Shown here in pieces: positions 38,879 through 47,916 of a stretch of DNA of 64,000 bases (the stretch's first letter is position 1; every line of letters begins with the position of its first letter). The notes below the pieces were generated by a model that saw only the letters and a program-made list of their open reading frames with translations, was not told the origin of the DNA and did not search any database. The stretch covers positions 1,632,001 to 1,696,000 of the forward strand of contig CBDBHB010000009.1 of the NCBI GenBank assembly GCA_965205505.1. Direction: 5' to 3'. A program made the translations under genes and the position numbers. The DNA is from Acidobacteriota bacterium (GTDB taxonomy: Bacteria; Acidobacteriota; UBA890; WLXD01).

Positions 38879-40313
38879 GAAGCTTCCGAAGAACATCCGC
38901 CGTGTTGGGCGTCGTTTCATGGTCGACAAACAGATCGACGGCACACGCTACCGGGAGACGTTCCGCACACTGCCGGCGGCGGTGGTGTGGCTCAACGACC
39001 TGAATCTCCGCGCTCTCACGGGGCACAAGGAACGGACCACGGGTCGAGTTGCGATCCGAGCGTGGATCGAGCGCTCGATGCGATGGACGCGCGCTGAAAA
39101 GGCCTCGAGCACGGCCGACAACTACAAAAACGCCCTGAGGAAACTGGAGGAGTTCCTGCGGACAACGGCAACGGAGGTCACCCACCTGGACGAGCTGACA
39201 CCGGCCGTACTGGAGGAGTTCAAGCTGCACCGGTTGGGCAGCCCGAGCGGTCGAGGCGGAACCCTTAAACCGACGACAGTGAATCTGGATCTCAGGTTGA
39301 TCGGCACCGCCCTGAAGCGATCCGTTCGGCTGGGTGAGATTGACGACAACCCTATGGCGAACGTCGAGCGCCTTGCCGTGAGGTCAAGACCCCCGAGGTA
39401 TCTGTCCGAGCGCGAGGTGGCCCTGTTGCTTGATGCGGCGCCGGACAAGGACCGACCGCTGTATGCGCTGCTGTACTACACGGGGTTGCGCATTGGAGAA
39501 GCCTTGCACCTGCAGTGGAAGGACATTGCCTGGCCTTCCCGTTGCATCATCGTGCGGGGCAAGAAGGGCTGGGATCCGAAGACCGGCGGCTCGCGAGCCG
39601 TTCCACTGCACCCGGATCTGGAGGTCCACTTGCAGGACGTGCCGGTGCTGGGTGAGTGGATATTCGCCCATGCCGACGGCCAAAGGCGAGCCTACGATGG
39701 AGTCGACGCTGCCTTCAGACGCCTGACCCGGAAGTTGGGGATCAAGGGGGCGAGCCTGCATACCCTGCGGCATACGTTCGCGAGCCACCTGGTGCAGCAG
39801 ACCGGGGATATCCGGGCAGTACAGGAGCTACTGGGCCACAGCGACCTGCACCAAACGATGGTCTACGCGCACACCTCAAGCGAGCAACTGCATAAGCAGG
39901 TGGCGAAGCTGCCGACGCCGAAAATGTCAAAGAAAATGTCAAAGGACTCGGAGCTGGAATCAGGATCCGTCGAGAAGTCCTTTAACTACAGCGAGTTGGA
40001 AAGAGTGGGCGCACCGGGATTCGAGCCTGTGAGTACTTCGTCATGGAGTATGTACAAGGGATTCCGATCACCGAGCACTGCGACCGCAACCGTCTCAGCG
40101 TACGACAGCGCCTGGAGTTGTTTCAGCGAGTGTGCGCGGGCGTTCAGCATGCCCAACAGAAAGCGATCATCCACCGGGACATCAAGCCGTCGAACGTGCT
40201 CGTGGCGATTCACGACGACGAAGCGGTTCCGAAGATCATCGATTTCGGCGTCGCCAAGGCGACAGCCCAGCGGCTCACTGAAAACACCGTGTTCACCGAG
40301 CTCGGACAGCTGA
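38871..40313 (+). CDS. Tyrosine recombinase/integrase; the ORF reads through attR
   Basis: 'YTGLRIGE', 'PKT', 'HTLRHTFASHL', 'LLGHSDLHQTMVYAH'; the catalytic set appears intact. Confidence 0.95.
   Translation: MPKKLPKNIRRVGRRFMVDKQIDGTRYRETFRTLPAAVVWLNDLNLRALTGHKERTTGRVAIRAWIERSMRWTRAEKASSTADNYKNALRKLEEFLRTTATEVTHLDELTPAVLEEFKLHRLGSPSGRGGTLKPTTVNLDLRLIGTALKRSVRLGEIDDNPMANVERLAVRSRPPRYLSEREVALLLDAAPDKDRPLYALLYYTGLRIGEALHLQWKDIAWPSRCIIVRGKKGWDPKTGGSRAVPLHPDLEVHLQDVPVLGEWIFAHADGQRRAYDGVDAAFRRLTRKLGIKGASLHTLRHTFASHLVQQTGDIRAVQELLGHSDLHQTMVYAHTSSEQLHKQVAKLPTPKMSKKMSKDSELESGSVEKSFNYSELERVGAPGFEPVSTSSWSMYKGFRSPSTATATVSAYDSAWSCFSECARAFSMPNRKRSSTGTSSRRTCSWRFTTTKRFRRSSISASPRRQPSGSLKTPCSPSSDS
39921..39944 (+). 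repeat. Tandem 12-bp repeat, putative integrase arm-type sites
   Basis: AAAATGTCAAAG x2, with a matching pair at 25606-25629. Confidence 0.75.
40033..40049 (+). repeat. attR core, 17-bp direct repeat
   Basis: GTACTTCGTCATGGAGT, identical to 25489-25505. Confidence 0.93.
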
Positions 40314-42238
40314 TCGGCACGCCAGAGTACATGAGTCCCGAGCAAGCGGAGATGAGCCAGCAGGATGTCGACACCCGGACGGATGTTTACGCGCTCGGCG
40401 TGGTGCTGTACGAGTTGCTCGTCGGGGCGCTGCCCTTTGACGCGCGGGAGCTGCGCCAGGCGGGGCTGATCGAGATTCACCGCAGGATCCGCGAAGACGA
40501 GCCATCCAAGCCCAGCACGCGGGTAAGTGGTCTCGGGGATGCGTCGATCGCGGCCGCGGCGCGACGACAGACCGACCCTCTGGCGCTAGTGGGCGAGCTG
40601 CGTGGTGATCTTGACTGGATCACCATGAAGTCGCTAGAGAAAGACCGCACGCGCAGGTACGGCTCACCGGCGGAGTTGGCGGCAGATCTCAGAAGGTACC
40701 TGGCGGACGAACCGGTGGAAGCGACGCCGCCCAGTGCCACCTACCGGATGCGCAAGTTCGTGCGCCGCCACCGCATTGGGGTGACAGCCGCAGCGACCCT
40801 GGTCGTTCTGTTGATCGCGTTCGGGGCGTCAATAAGCTTGCAGGCGGCGCGCATCGCCCGCGAGCGCGACCGAGCCAACCGCGAGGCCGAGACGGCGCAG
40901 CGGGTGTCTCAGTTCATGAGCGGGCTCTTCCAGGTCTCGAATCCGAGCGAAGCTCAAGGTAATGCGGTCACCGCCAGAGAGATTCTCGATCAGGGCGTTG
41001 CCAGCATTCGCGGGGACCTGGACGATCAGCCGCTGATCCAAGCGCAGCTTCTCGACACCATGGGCAACGTGTACTCGAACCTAGGGCTCTACGAGGCGGC
41101 GCTGCCGCTTCTCGAGCGTGCGCTGTCGTCGCGCGCCGAGCTGCTCGGGGACGATGATCCGCAGACGCTGACATCGAAGGCGCACTTGGTTGCACTGCAC
41201 AATGAGCGCGGGCGGTTCGAGACCGCCGAGCAGCTCGGCGAGAAGGTGCTCGCGAGCCGGCAGCGTGTCCTGGGAGAGCAGCACCCGGACACCATCGAGT
41301 CGATGCGCGAGTTGGCGCTTGCCTACAACGGTCAAGCTCGGTATGGCGAGGCGGAGGATCTCCTGCGGTCGACGGCGGCGGCAAGCGCGCGGGTTCTGGG
41401 CGAAGGTCACCCGGATACGCTTCGTTCGATCCTCAGCCTCGGGGCGCTGTTCCAGAACCAAGGGAGGTTTGACGAGGCCGAGGTGCTCACCCGTGATGCC
41501 CTCGAGGTAGCACGGCGCACCGACGGTGGGGACCATCCGATGACCCTCACTCTGGCCCACAACCTCGCCTCGATCTCGATTAGTCAGGGACGCTACGGCG
41601 AGGCCGAGACACTGGTGGCCCAGGTGCTCGCCGATCGGCGCCGAGTGCTGGGTGAGGAGCACCGATACACGCTTACCTCTGAGTACGTGCTGGCGCTGTC
41701 GCACTTCTACCGCGGCCAGTACGACGACGTCGTGGCGATCCTGGAGCCGAGCGTCGAGAGGGCTCGCCGCTCACTCGGCGAGGATCACCCCGACACGCTG
41801 GAGTCGATGAGCCTGCTGGGAGAGGCCTATCGGGAGATCGGACAATACCGCGCCGCCGAGCCTCTGCTCCGTACCGCGTTGGATCTACGTCGCCGCGCGC
41901 TAGGCGAGGACCACCTTCGTACCCAGTGGTCTATATACAACCTGGCTTCTTTGTACCGGGACGAGGGGCGCAACGACGAGGCCGAGAGCCTCTACCGGCA
42001 GACCCTCGAGATCGAGCTCCGCGTGCTCGGCGAGGACCACCCGGAGACAGCAGACACTGCCTATCAACTGGCCCGCCTCGACGCTCGCCGCGGCAATGTG
42101 CTCGCCGCCCTCGAATGGCTCCGACGGGCGCGGCGCTATGGGTTCCCCGTTATCGAGACCTTGATGGACGAGCCGGACTTCGAGTCGCTTCGCGACGATC
42201 CGCGGTTCGCGCAGATCGCCACCCAGCTCCGGCAGTAG
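40043..42238 (+). pseudogene. Ser/Thr kinase-TM-TPR protein, 3' half of the split gene
   Basis: 'MEYVQG', 'HRDIKPSN', 'DFG', 'GTPEYMSPEQ', 'DVYALG', TM helix, repeated 'LG..HP.TL' TPR units. Confidence 0.93.
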
Positions 42239-42268
42239 AGCCTCGAGATCCTCGGGGCGGGACCCAGC

Positions 42269-43297
42269 TCAGCGCTTGATGTGCTTCCTCAGCGCCTGCG
42301 GCCCGACCTCGGCACCGTAGACGTTCCCCATGGAGTCGACGGCGACCCCCTCGGCGGCGCTGGTTCCCAGGTTGTCCTGATCGGGTTCCGGATCGGGGAT
42401 AAATGCGGTCACGAAGCCGTCGGTGACGCTGCCGATGCGGATGCCGCGCTTCCAACCGGGGTTGGTGCTCGAGTTGGATTCGGAATCGGCGGAATACATC
42501 ATGTCGTTGGCATCGATATACAGTCCGCTGGGTCCACCGAACTGCGTCCAGGTCGCGAGGTGTGTTCCATCCTGGTCGAAGACCTGGATACGGCGGTTTC
42601 TACGGTCGCCGACGAACAGGCGCCCCTGAGAGTCCATCGCCAGGGCATGCGGGTCTCTGAACTCACCCGGGCCATGCCCGGTCTGTCCCCATGCCTTGAT
42701 GAAGGTTCCGTCGCTCGACAGCTTGACGATCCGGTTGTTGCCATCAGCCCCATGGCCGTCGGCGACGAAGATATCGCCGTTGGGGGCCACCAGCACGTCC
42801 GACGGCTGGCGGAAGGTATCCTCGCCGTCGCCGGCGATGCCCTTCTTGCCCAGCGTCATCAGCAGGTCGCCGTCGGCACTGAACTTGTAGACGACATGCC
42901 CCAAGCCCTCCGGCGGCTCGCCGAAGCCGACCGCGTCGGTGACCCAGACGTTGCCCTCGGAGTCGACGTGCATGCCGTGCGGCCAGGCGAAGAGACCGTC
43001 GCCGCCGAAGCTCTTGAGCACCGCTCCCTCGGGCGAGTACAGGAAGATCGTCGACATGTCCGTGCCGACGCACGTGTTGGCACCTCAGCGCTCGGCCACC
43101 CATATGTTCACACCATCGAGGGCAGGGTAGACGGCGCTGGTGGCGCCCCACTGCCTGCCGTCGGGGAGCTGGGCCCAGACGCCCTCGACGGTACGGTAGG
43201 GGTTGGGAGAGCTGTTCTGAGCCCCAGCGTTTGCTAGGGCGCCCGAAACCACCAGGATCGCCAGTAATCCGAGACCGATGCGGGGTAGACGGGTCAT
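42269..43297 (-). CDS. Secreted NHL-repeat beta-propeller (PAL-like) with an in-frame TGA at 43085-43087; candidate selenoprotein
   Basis: The two listed ORFs are in one frame and read 'IWVAER*GANTC'; NHL repeats 'PHGMHVD..GNVWVTD', 'PSDVLVAPNGDIFVADG'. Confidence 0.85.
43049..43070 (-). promoter_or_regulatory. Putative bacterial SECIS hairpin
   Basis: CGUCGGCA-CGGACA-UGUCGACG starts 14 nt after the UGA; G at loop position 2. Confidence 0.55.
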
Positions 43298-43527
43298 CGC
43301 AGATCCTCCAGGCAAAGGTGGCACCGAACGATGCGCCATCCTAACCGGTCAGGGCTCCGTCGTCGCCTTCGTCGGGATGACCGTGGGATGTTCCTGCCCC
43401 AGCCGCGGGTGTGCGCCGAACAGAATCGACAGGAGCCAAGTCCGCGGTGGCAAGGATGGCGGCGAGCGTTGCCCAGCGCGGTACCTCGGCCCCTAGCGAC
43501 AGACGGTCGGTTGCCGGTGAGAGCGCA

Positions 43528-44004
43528 TCAACGTTGATCGGCGCGCTCCTCGAAAGGGCCCTCGATGAGGATCTGATCGAGCTGCGCTGCGTCGTTGCCC
43601 ATGTCTTGTTCACCGACTGGTGAGCCGTTGACACGAAGCAGGTAGGCAACGATGTCGGAGTACTGCTGCCGGCTCAGATCGCCGGGATTATCCTCCGGCA
43701 TGGTCGCGCTGATAAAGTCGAAGAGGGCCCCGATCGGCTGACCTTCCCACCCGCTCATGTATTCGGCGCCGAACTCCGTCATGTCGTGGCAGTAGGTGCA
43801 GACGCGCTCGTAGAGAGCCTGGCCCCGGCCAGCTTCGTGGCTCGAGTACACACCGTCGCGCGTAGATCGGTTGCCCGCGCTCGCCGGGATCTGCGGTGCT
43901 TCTGCGGCCAGGCCGACCGACACTGGCACTACGGCGAGCGCAGCCAAAGCCGCTACCGCAAGTGTCGCGGCGGGCCAGCAGGGTCGAAGGGCAGCATCAG
44001 ACAT
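43528..44004 (-). CDS. c-type cytochrome
   Basis: Signal peptide, 'CTYCH', 'MPEDNPGDL...Y.DIVAYLL'. Confidence 0.9.
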   Translation of the reverse strand: MSDAALRPCWPAATLAVAALAALAVVPVSVGLAAEAPQIPASAGNRSTRDGVYSSHEAGRGQALYERVCTYCHDMTEFGAEYMSGWEGQPIGALFDFISATMPEDNPGDLSRQQYSDIVAYLLRVNGSPVGEQDMGNDAAQLDQILIEGPFEERADQR

Positions 44005-44019
44005 CCGGCTCGATCGCCA

Positions 44020-44177
44020 GCAACCCCCACGCGCCCAACGGGTTACGGCGTCGTGGAGCCATCTGCAGCGTTGACCCTCCTGGACGATACGACAAGCATC
44101 GCCTGCGTCGCGCCGCCTTGCATCTGGCCCCACGACGCCGTAACCAGACCCACCAGAGTTCTTCAGCACCCTGCTAG
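44020..44177. mobile_element. One-ended copy of the 59105 MITE-like element
   Basis: Reverse complement CTAGCAGGGTGCTGAAGAA..GGTGGGTCTGGTTACGGCG..GATGCAAGGCGG..CAACGCTGCAGATGG aligns with 59105-59265. Confidence 0.8.
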
Positions 44178-45331
44178 GCTACGGCCACCTTCTTGAGTTC
44201 TAGCACGTGCTCGAAGACCTCTGTGGCGCGTTGCATCTCCTCCATCGTACCCAGGGAGATCCGCGCCCAGGCATCTTGGAACGGCGCGAAAGTTCGCCCC
44301 ACGATGATCCCGTACTCGGCGCAGCCGCTGCGGAAGTCCGCTGCCGGCACGCCCGTGCGCACGAATAGGAAGTTGGTCTGCGTGTCGGTGCCGTGAATGC
44401 CGCGCGACTTGAACCAGTCGACGGTGAAGCGGCGCACCTCGGTGTTGCGTGCTTGCTCAGCAGCGGTGTGCTCCGTGTCCCGCAGGGAAGCCGCCGCCCC
44501 GGCTATGGCCGCCACATTGAGACCGCTGCCGTAGTGCCATTCGTTCATGGCGGCCAGCGTGTCGGTGTGCGCGACACCGTAGCCGATGCGCATCCCGGCC
44601 ATACCGTGCGCCTTGGAGAACGTACGGGCCACCAGGATCCGCTTGTTCCTCACAGCGCGGGCGATCTCCGACCGATACGCCGGATCCATCACGTAGTCGT
44701 GATACGCCTCGTCGATGAGGATCACGGCCTCGGACTCGGTCATGACCCGATCGATGAAGGCGCCTATGGCGTCGGCGTCGTGTAGCGTCGCGGTCGGGTT
44801 GTTGGGGTTGTCGACAAATATCAGGCCGGCGCCCTTGGCGGCATCGGCCATAGCATCGAGGTCGAGCCGCATGGAAGTGCTCACCGGGACGAACTCGACT
44901 GGCGTGCCGATGACCTCGGCGTAGCCCGAGCACTCACCATAGGAGGGAGCGCCGGTGACCAGGTGCCTGGAAGGCGACGTGAAAACGTGCGTCGCCGTGC
45001 GCAGTATCTGTGTGGAACCGTTGCCGATGACGATATTGGCCTGCGGCACCCCTTGCGTTGCGCTGATCGCGTCTACCAGGGCGGTCCTACTGAGACCGTA
45101 GCGCGCGGTGGGGTGATTGCCGGCCGTGATGCCGGTTTCCATGGCATCCAGGGCCCGGGCACCGGGGCCGAGCGGGTTCTCGTTGTATTGCAGAAATACC
45201 GGGCGCTCTTCCTCCGGCAGCGATAGCGACCAGGCTCGCGCCACGGATCGCGGCCCATCGTAGGCCATCATCGCTGCGGCGGCGGAGCCGATACCCACTT
45301 TCTTGACGAACGAGCGTCGTGAAACGGACAT
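44174..45331 (-). CDS. PLP-dependent aminotransferase, HisC-like, Tat-like N-terminus (type B, copy 1)
   Basis: 'SRRSFVK', 'NENPLG', 'NPNNPT', 'DEAY', 'RTFSKAHGMAGMRIGY'. Confidence 0.9.
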   Translation of the reverse strand: MSVSRRSFVKKVGIGSAAAAMMAYDGPRSVARAWSLSLPEEERPVFLQYNENPLGPGARALDAMETGITAGNHPTARYGLSRTALVDAISATQGVPQANIVIGNGSTQILRTATHVFTSPSRHLVTGAPSYGECSGYAEVIGTPVEFVPVSTSMRLDLDAMADAAKGAGLIFVDNPNNPTATLHDADAIGAFIDRVMTESEAVILIDEAYHDYVMDPAYRSEIARAVRNKRILVARTFSKAHGMAGMRIGYGVAHTDTLAAMNEWHYGSGLNVAAIAGAAASLRDTEHTAAEQARNTEVRRFTVDWFKSRGIHGTDTQTNFLFVRTGVPAADFRSGCAEYGIIVGRTFAPFQDAWARISLGTMEEMQRATEVFEHVLELKKVAVA

Positions 45332-45357
45332 CCCTGTCTTCTCCCTCGTAGCCGGGC

Positions 45358-46524
45358 TCATGCCAGCACCTTCGCGAATACCTCGGTGGCCTGCTGCATC
45401 TGTTCCATGGTTCCGATCGAGATCCGCGCGTGGGTTCTTTCCATCGGCGGGAAGTCGCGACCGATGCGGATGCCGCGCTCTTGGCAAGCCGCGCGCATCT
45501 CCGCAGCCGGGCGGCCGACGTTCACGAAGATGAAGTTCGTATTGGATTCGAAGACCTCGTGACCCGCCTTCCTGAAGAAGTCGATGGTGAACCGCCGTGC
45601 CTCGGCGTTGCGCTGTTTCTCGCGACGCATACGTATCGAGTCGTGGAAAGTAGCGTAAGCGGCGGCGACGCCGACGTTGTTGGTGTTGATCGGCAGCCCG
45701 TAGCGTCCCAGCTGTGCGATCGTGTCCTTGTGGCCCACGGCGTAGCCGATGCGTAGCCCCGCCAAGCCGTATGCCTTCGAGAAGGTGCGGCTGATGAAGA
45801 CGTTGGGCGTCCACAGCGCCAGCGACAGCGCCGATCGGTAACCGGGATCGCTGACGTACTCGTGGTACGCCTCGTCGAAATGGATGACGGTCTCCGGCGA
45901 GACGTGCTGCACTCGCTCGACAAACTCGGCGATCGCCTTTGCCTGATGTACCGTCGCGGTCGGGTTGTTCGGATTGCACACGAAGACCAAACCGGCGCCC
46001 CTGGAAGCCTCCGCCATCGCTCCCAAGTTCAGCTTGCCGTCGCTGTCGACGGGGATGGCTTTCACCTCAGTCCCCAGATACTCGGCGACGCGCGCTGAAG
46101 CCACATAGGTAGGAGTCGCGGTAACCAGGTGCCTGGACTTCGAGGTGAATGCCTGTACGGCGTCTTTGAGAAGCTCCTCAGATCCCGCACCGAGCAGCAC
46201 GTGCTCTGGGCGGGCGTCGTTGGCCGCGGCCAGGGCTGCCTGCAGGTCGCCCATGCTCGGGCTGGTATTGTCGGGATAACGGCTGGCGTCATGGAACGCC
46301 TCGCGAACAGCGTCCAGTGCCCGCTCCCCGGGCCCCAGCGGGTTCTCGTTGAACATCAAACGGATCTCACCGCTGGCTGGCGGCGCGACAGCCGCAGCTT
46401 CGTCGATGTTGGACCAGGGCTCATCGACCAGCGCTTCGCGGCCGTGGGCCGCGATCAACGCTCCCGGCCGCTCGCTCCCATTTGGTGTGTGAGCCCCGAA
46501 GAGCGCGCGACGCGAGAGCGACAT
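45358..46524 (-). CDS. PLP-dependent aminotransferase, HisC-like (type A, copy 1)
   Basis: 'SRRALF', 'NENPLG', 'CNPNNPT', 'DEAY', 'RTFSKAYGLAGLRIGY'. Confidence 0.9.
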   Translation of the reverse strand: MSLSRRALFGAHTPNGSERPGALIAAHGREALVDEPWSNIDEAAAVAPPASGEIRLMFNENPLGPGERALDAVREAFHDASRYPDNTSPSMGDLQAALAAANDARPEHVLLGAGSEELLKDAVQAFTSKSRHLVTATPTYVASARVAEYLGTEVKAIPVDSDGKLNLGAMAEASRGAGLVFVCNPNNPTATVHQAKAIAEFVERVQHVSPETVIHFDEAYHEYVSDPGYRSALSLALWTPNVFISRTFSKAYGLAGLRIGYAVGHKDTIAQLGRYGLPINTNNVGVAAAYATFHDSIRMRREKQRNAEARRFTIDFFRKAGHEVFESNTNFIFVNVGRPAAEMRAACQERGIRIGRDFPPMERTHARISIGTMEQMQQATEVFAKVLA

Positions 46525-46562
46525 GAGTGGGTACCTCCTCCTTCGAGACAAGACGTTGACGC

Positions 46563-46684
46563 TACGTAGCCTAGGCTACCTCGATTCGTCAAGGAATTGT
46601 TCCCGCGCGAAGGAGCGACGGTGTTGTTTGAGCTGCTGTGCTCGGAGGAAGGCGTTGTTGGCGGCGCGACGACGACGAGCGCGG
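46563..46684. repeat. 122-bp block identical to 49106-49227, containing the palindrome GTAGCCTAGGCTAC and a minus-strand TTGACG
   Basis: Direct base-by-base comparison. Confidence 0.9.
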
Positions 46685-46732
46685 CGCGGCAACTCTCCTG
46701 CCAGACGAGCCATGACCGGCGGCGCGTGACGC

Positions 46733-47890
46733 CTATGCCGCCGCCACCTTCTTGACTTGCAGCACGCGCCCGAAAACCTCGGTGGCGCGCTGCATCTCTG
46801 CCATCGTACCGAGCGAGATCCGCGCCCAGTCGTCGTGGAATGGCCTGAAGTCGCGACCCACGAGAATCGCGTGCTTGGCGCACCCGCTGCGAAAGTCCGC
46901 TGCCGGCACGCCCGTACGCATGAAGACGAAGTTGGTCTGCGTGTCGGTGCCCTGGATCCCGTGCAACTTGAACCAGTTGACCGTGAAGTGGCGTACCTCG
47001 GTGTTGCGTGCGCGCTCCGCCGCGATGTGATCCGTATCCCGCAGCGATCCCGCCGCACCGGCGATCGCCGCCACATTGAGGCTCAAACCATAATGCCACT
47101 GCCGCATGGCGGCCAGCGTGTCGGCATGCGCCACGCCGTAGCCGATGCGCATCCCAGCCATGCCATGGGCCTTGGAGAACGTACGCGCCACCAGGACTCG
47201 TTTGTTCCTCACCGCGCGTGTCACCTCCGACCGGTACGCCGGATCGGTGACGTAGTCGTGGTAAGCCTCGTCGACGAGGATCACGGCCTCCGACTCGGTC
47301 ATCACCCGATCGATGAAGGCGCCCATTTCGTCGGCGCTATGCAGCGTCGCCATCGGGTTGTTGGGGTTATCGAGAAACACCATACCGGCGCCCTTAGCGG
47401 CGTCGGCCATGGCGTTGAGGTCGAGGCGCAGCGAAGCGTCCACCGGCACGAACTCTACCGGTGTGCCAATCAGCTCCGCGTAACCCGAGCACTCACCATA
47501 GGAGGGAGCGCCGGTGACCAGGTGCTTGGAAGGCGACGTGAAAACGTGCGTCGCCGTGCGCAGCACCTGCGTGGAGCCGTTGCCGACGATGATGTTGGCC
47601 TGGGGCACGCCCTGCGTGCTTGCGATCGCGTCCACCAGGTCCGCGGTGCTGATGCTGTAGCGTGCGGTCGGGTGGCTGCCCGCTGTGATGCCGGTCTCCA
47701 CGGCCTCCAGTGCCCGGTCGCCCGGGCCCAGCGGGTTCTCGTTGTACTGCAGGAACAGCGGGCGCTCTTCCTCCGGCAGTGATAGCGACCAGGCCCGCGC
47801 CATCGATCGCGGCCCCTCGTATGCCATAATCGCTGCGGCGGCGGAACCGACACCCACCCTCTTGACGAACGAGCGTCGTGAAACGGACAT
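46733..47890 (-). CDS. PLP-dependent aminotransferase, HisC-like (type B, copy 2)
   Basis: Close paralog of 44174-45331 with the same motifs. Confidence 0.9.
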   Translation of the reverse strand: MSVSRRSFVKRVGVGSAAAAIMAYEGPRSMARAWSLSLPEEERPLFLQYNENPLGPGDRALEAVETGITAGSHPTARYSISTADLVDAIASTQGVPQANIIVGNGSTQVLRTATHVFTSPSKHLVTGAPSYGECSGYAELIGTPVEFVPVDASLRLDLNAMADAAKGAGMVFLDNPNNPMATLHSADEMGAFIDRVMTESEAVILVDEAYHDYVTDPAYRSEVTRAVRNKRVLVARTFSKAHGMAGMRIGYGVAHADTLAAMRQWHYGLSLNVAAIAGAAGSLRDTDHIAAERARNTEVRHFTVNWFKLHGIQGTDTQTNFVFMRTGVPAADFRSGCAKHAILVGRDFRPFHDDWARISLGTMAEMQRATEVFGRVLQVKKVAAA

Positions 47891-47916
47891 CCCTGTCTTC
47901 TCCCTCGTAGACGCGC

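Larger units (their letters stand above)
25506..40049. mobile_element. 14.5-kb integrative element (satellite-like: int, xis, primase/DUF3631; defence and Rieske cargo)
   Basis: 17-bp flanking direct repeat that splits a kinase gene; tyrosine integrase and excisionase at the right end; matching arm-type repeats at both ends. Confidence 0.93.

Noticed and set aside
40005-40030. Functional tRNA gene
   Set aside because: Only a degenerate 3' part is present, with no D-arm or 5' acceptor strand and a mismatched T-stem.
41040-42100. Repetitive 'LG..HP.T' coding units as a novel repeat system
   Set aside because: Ordinary TPR repeats of the kinase C-terminal domain.
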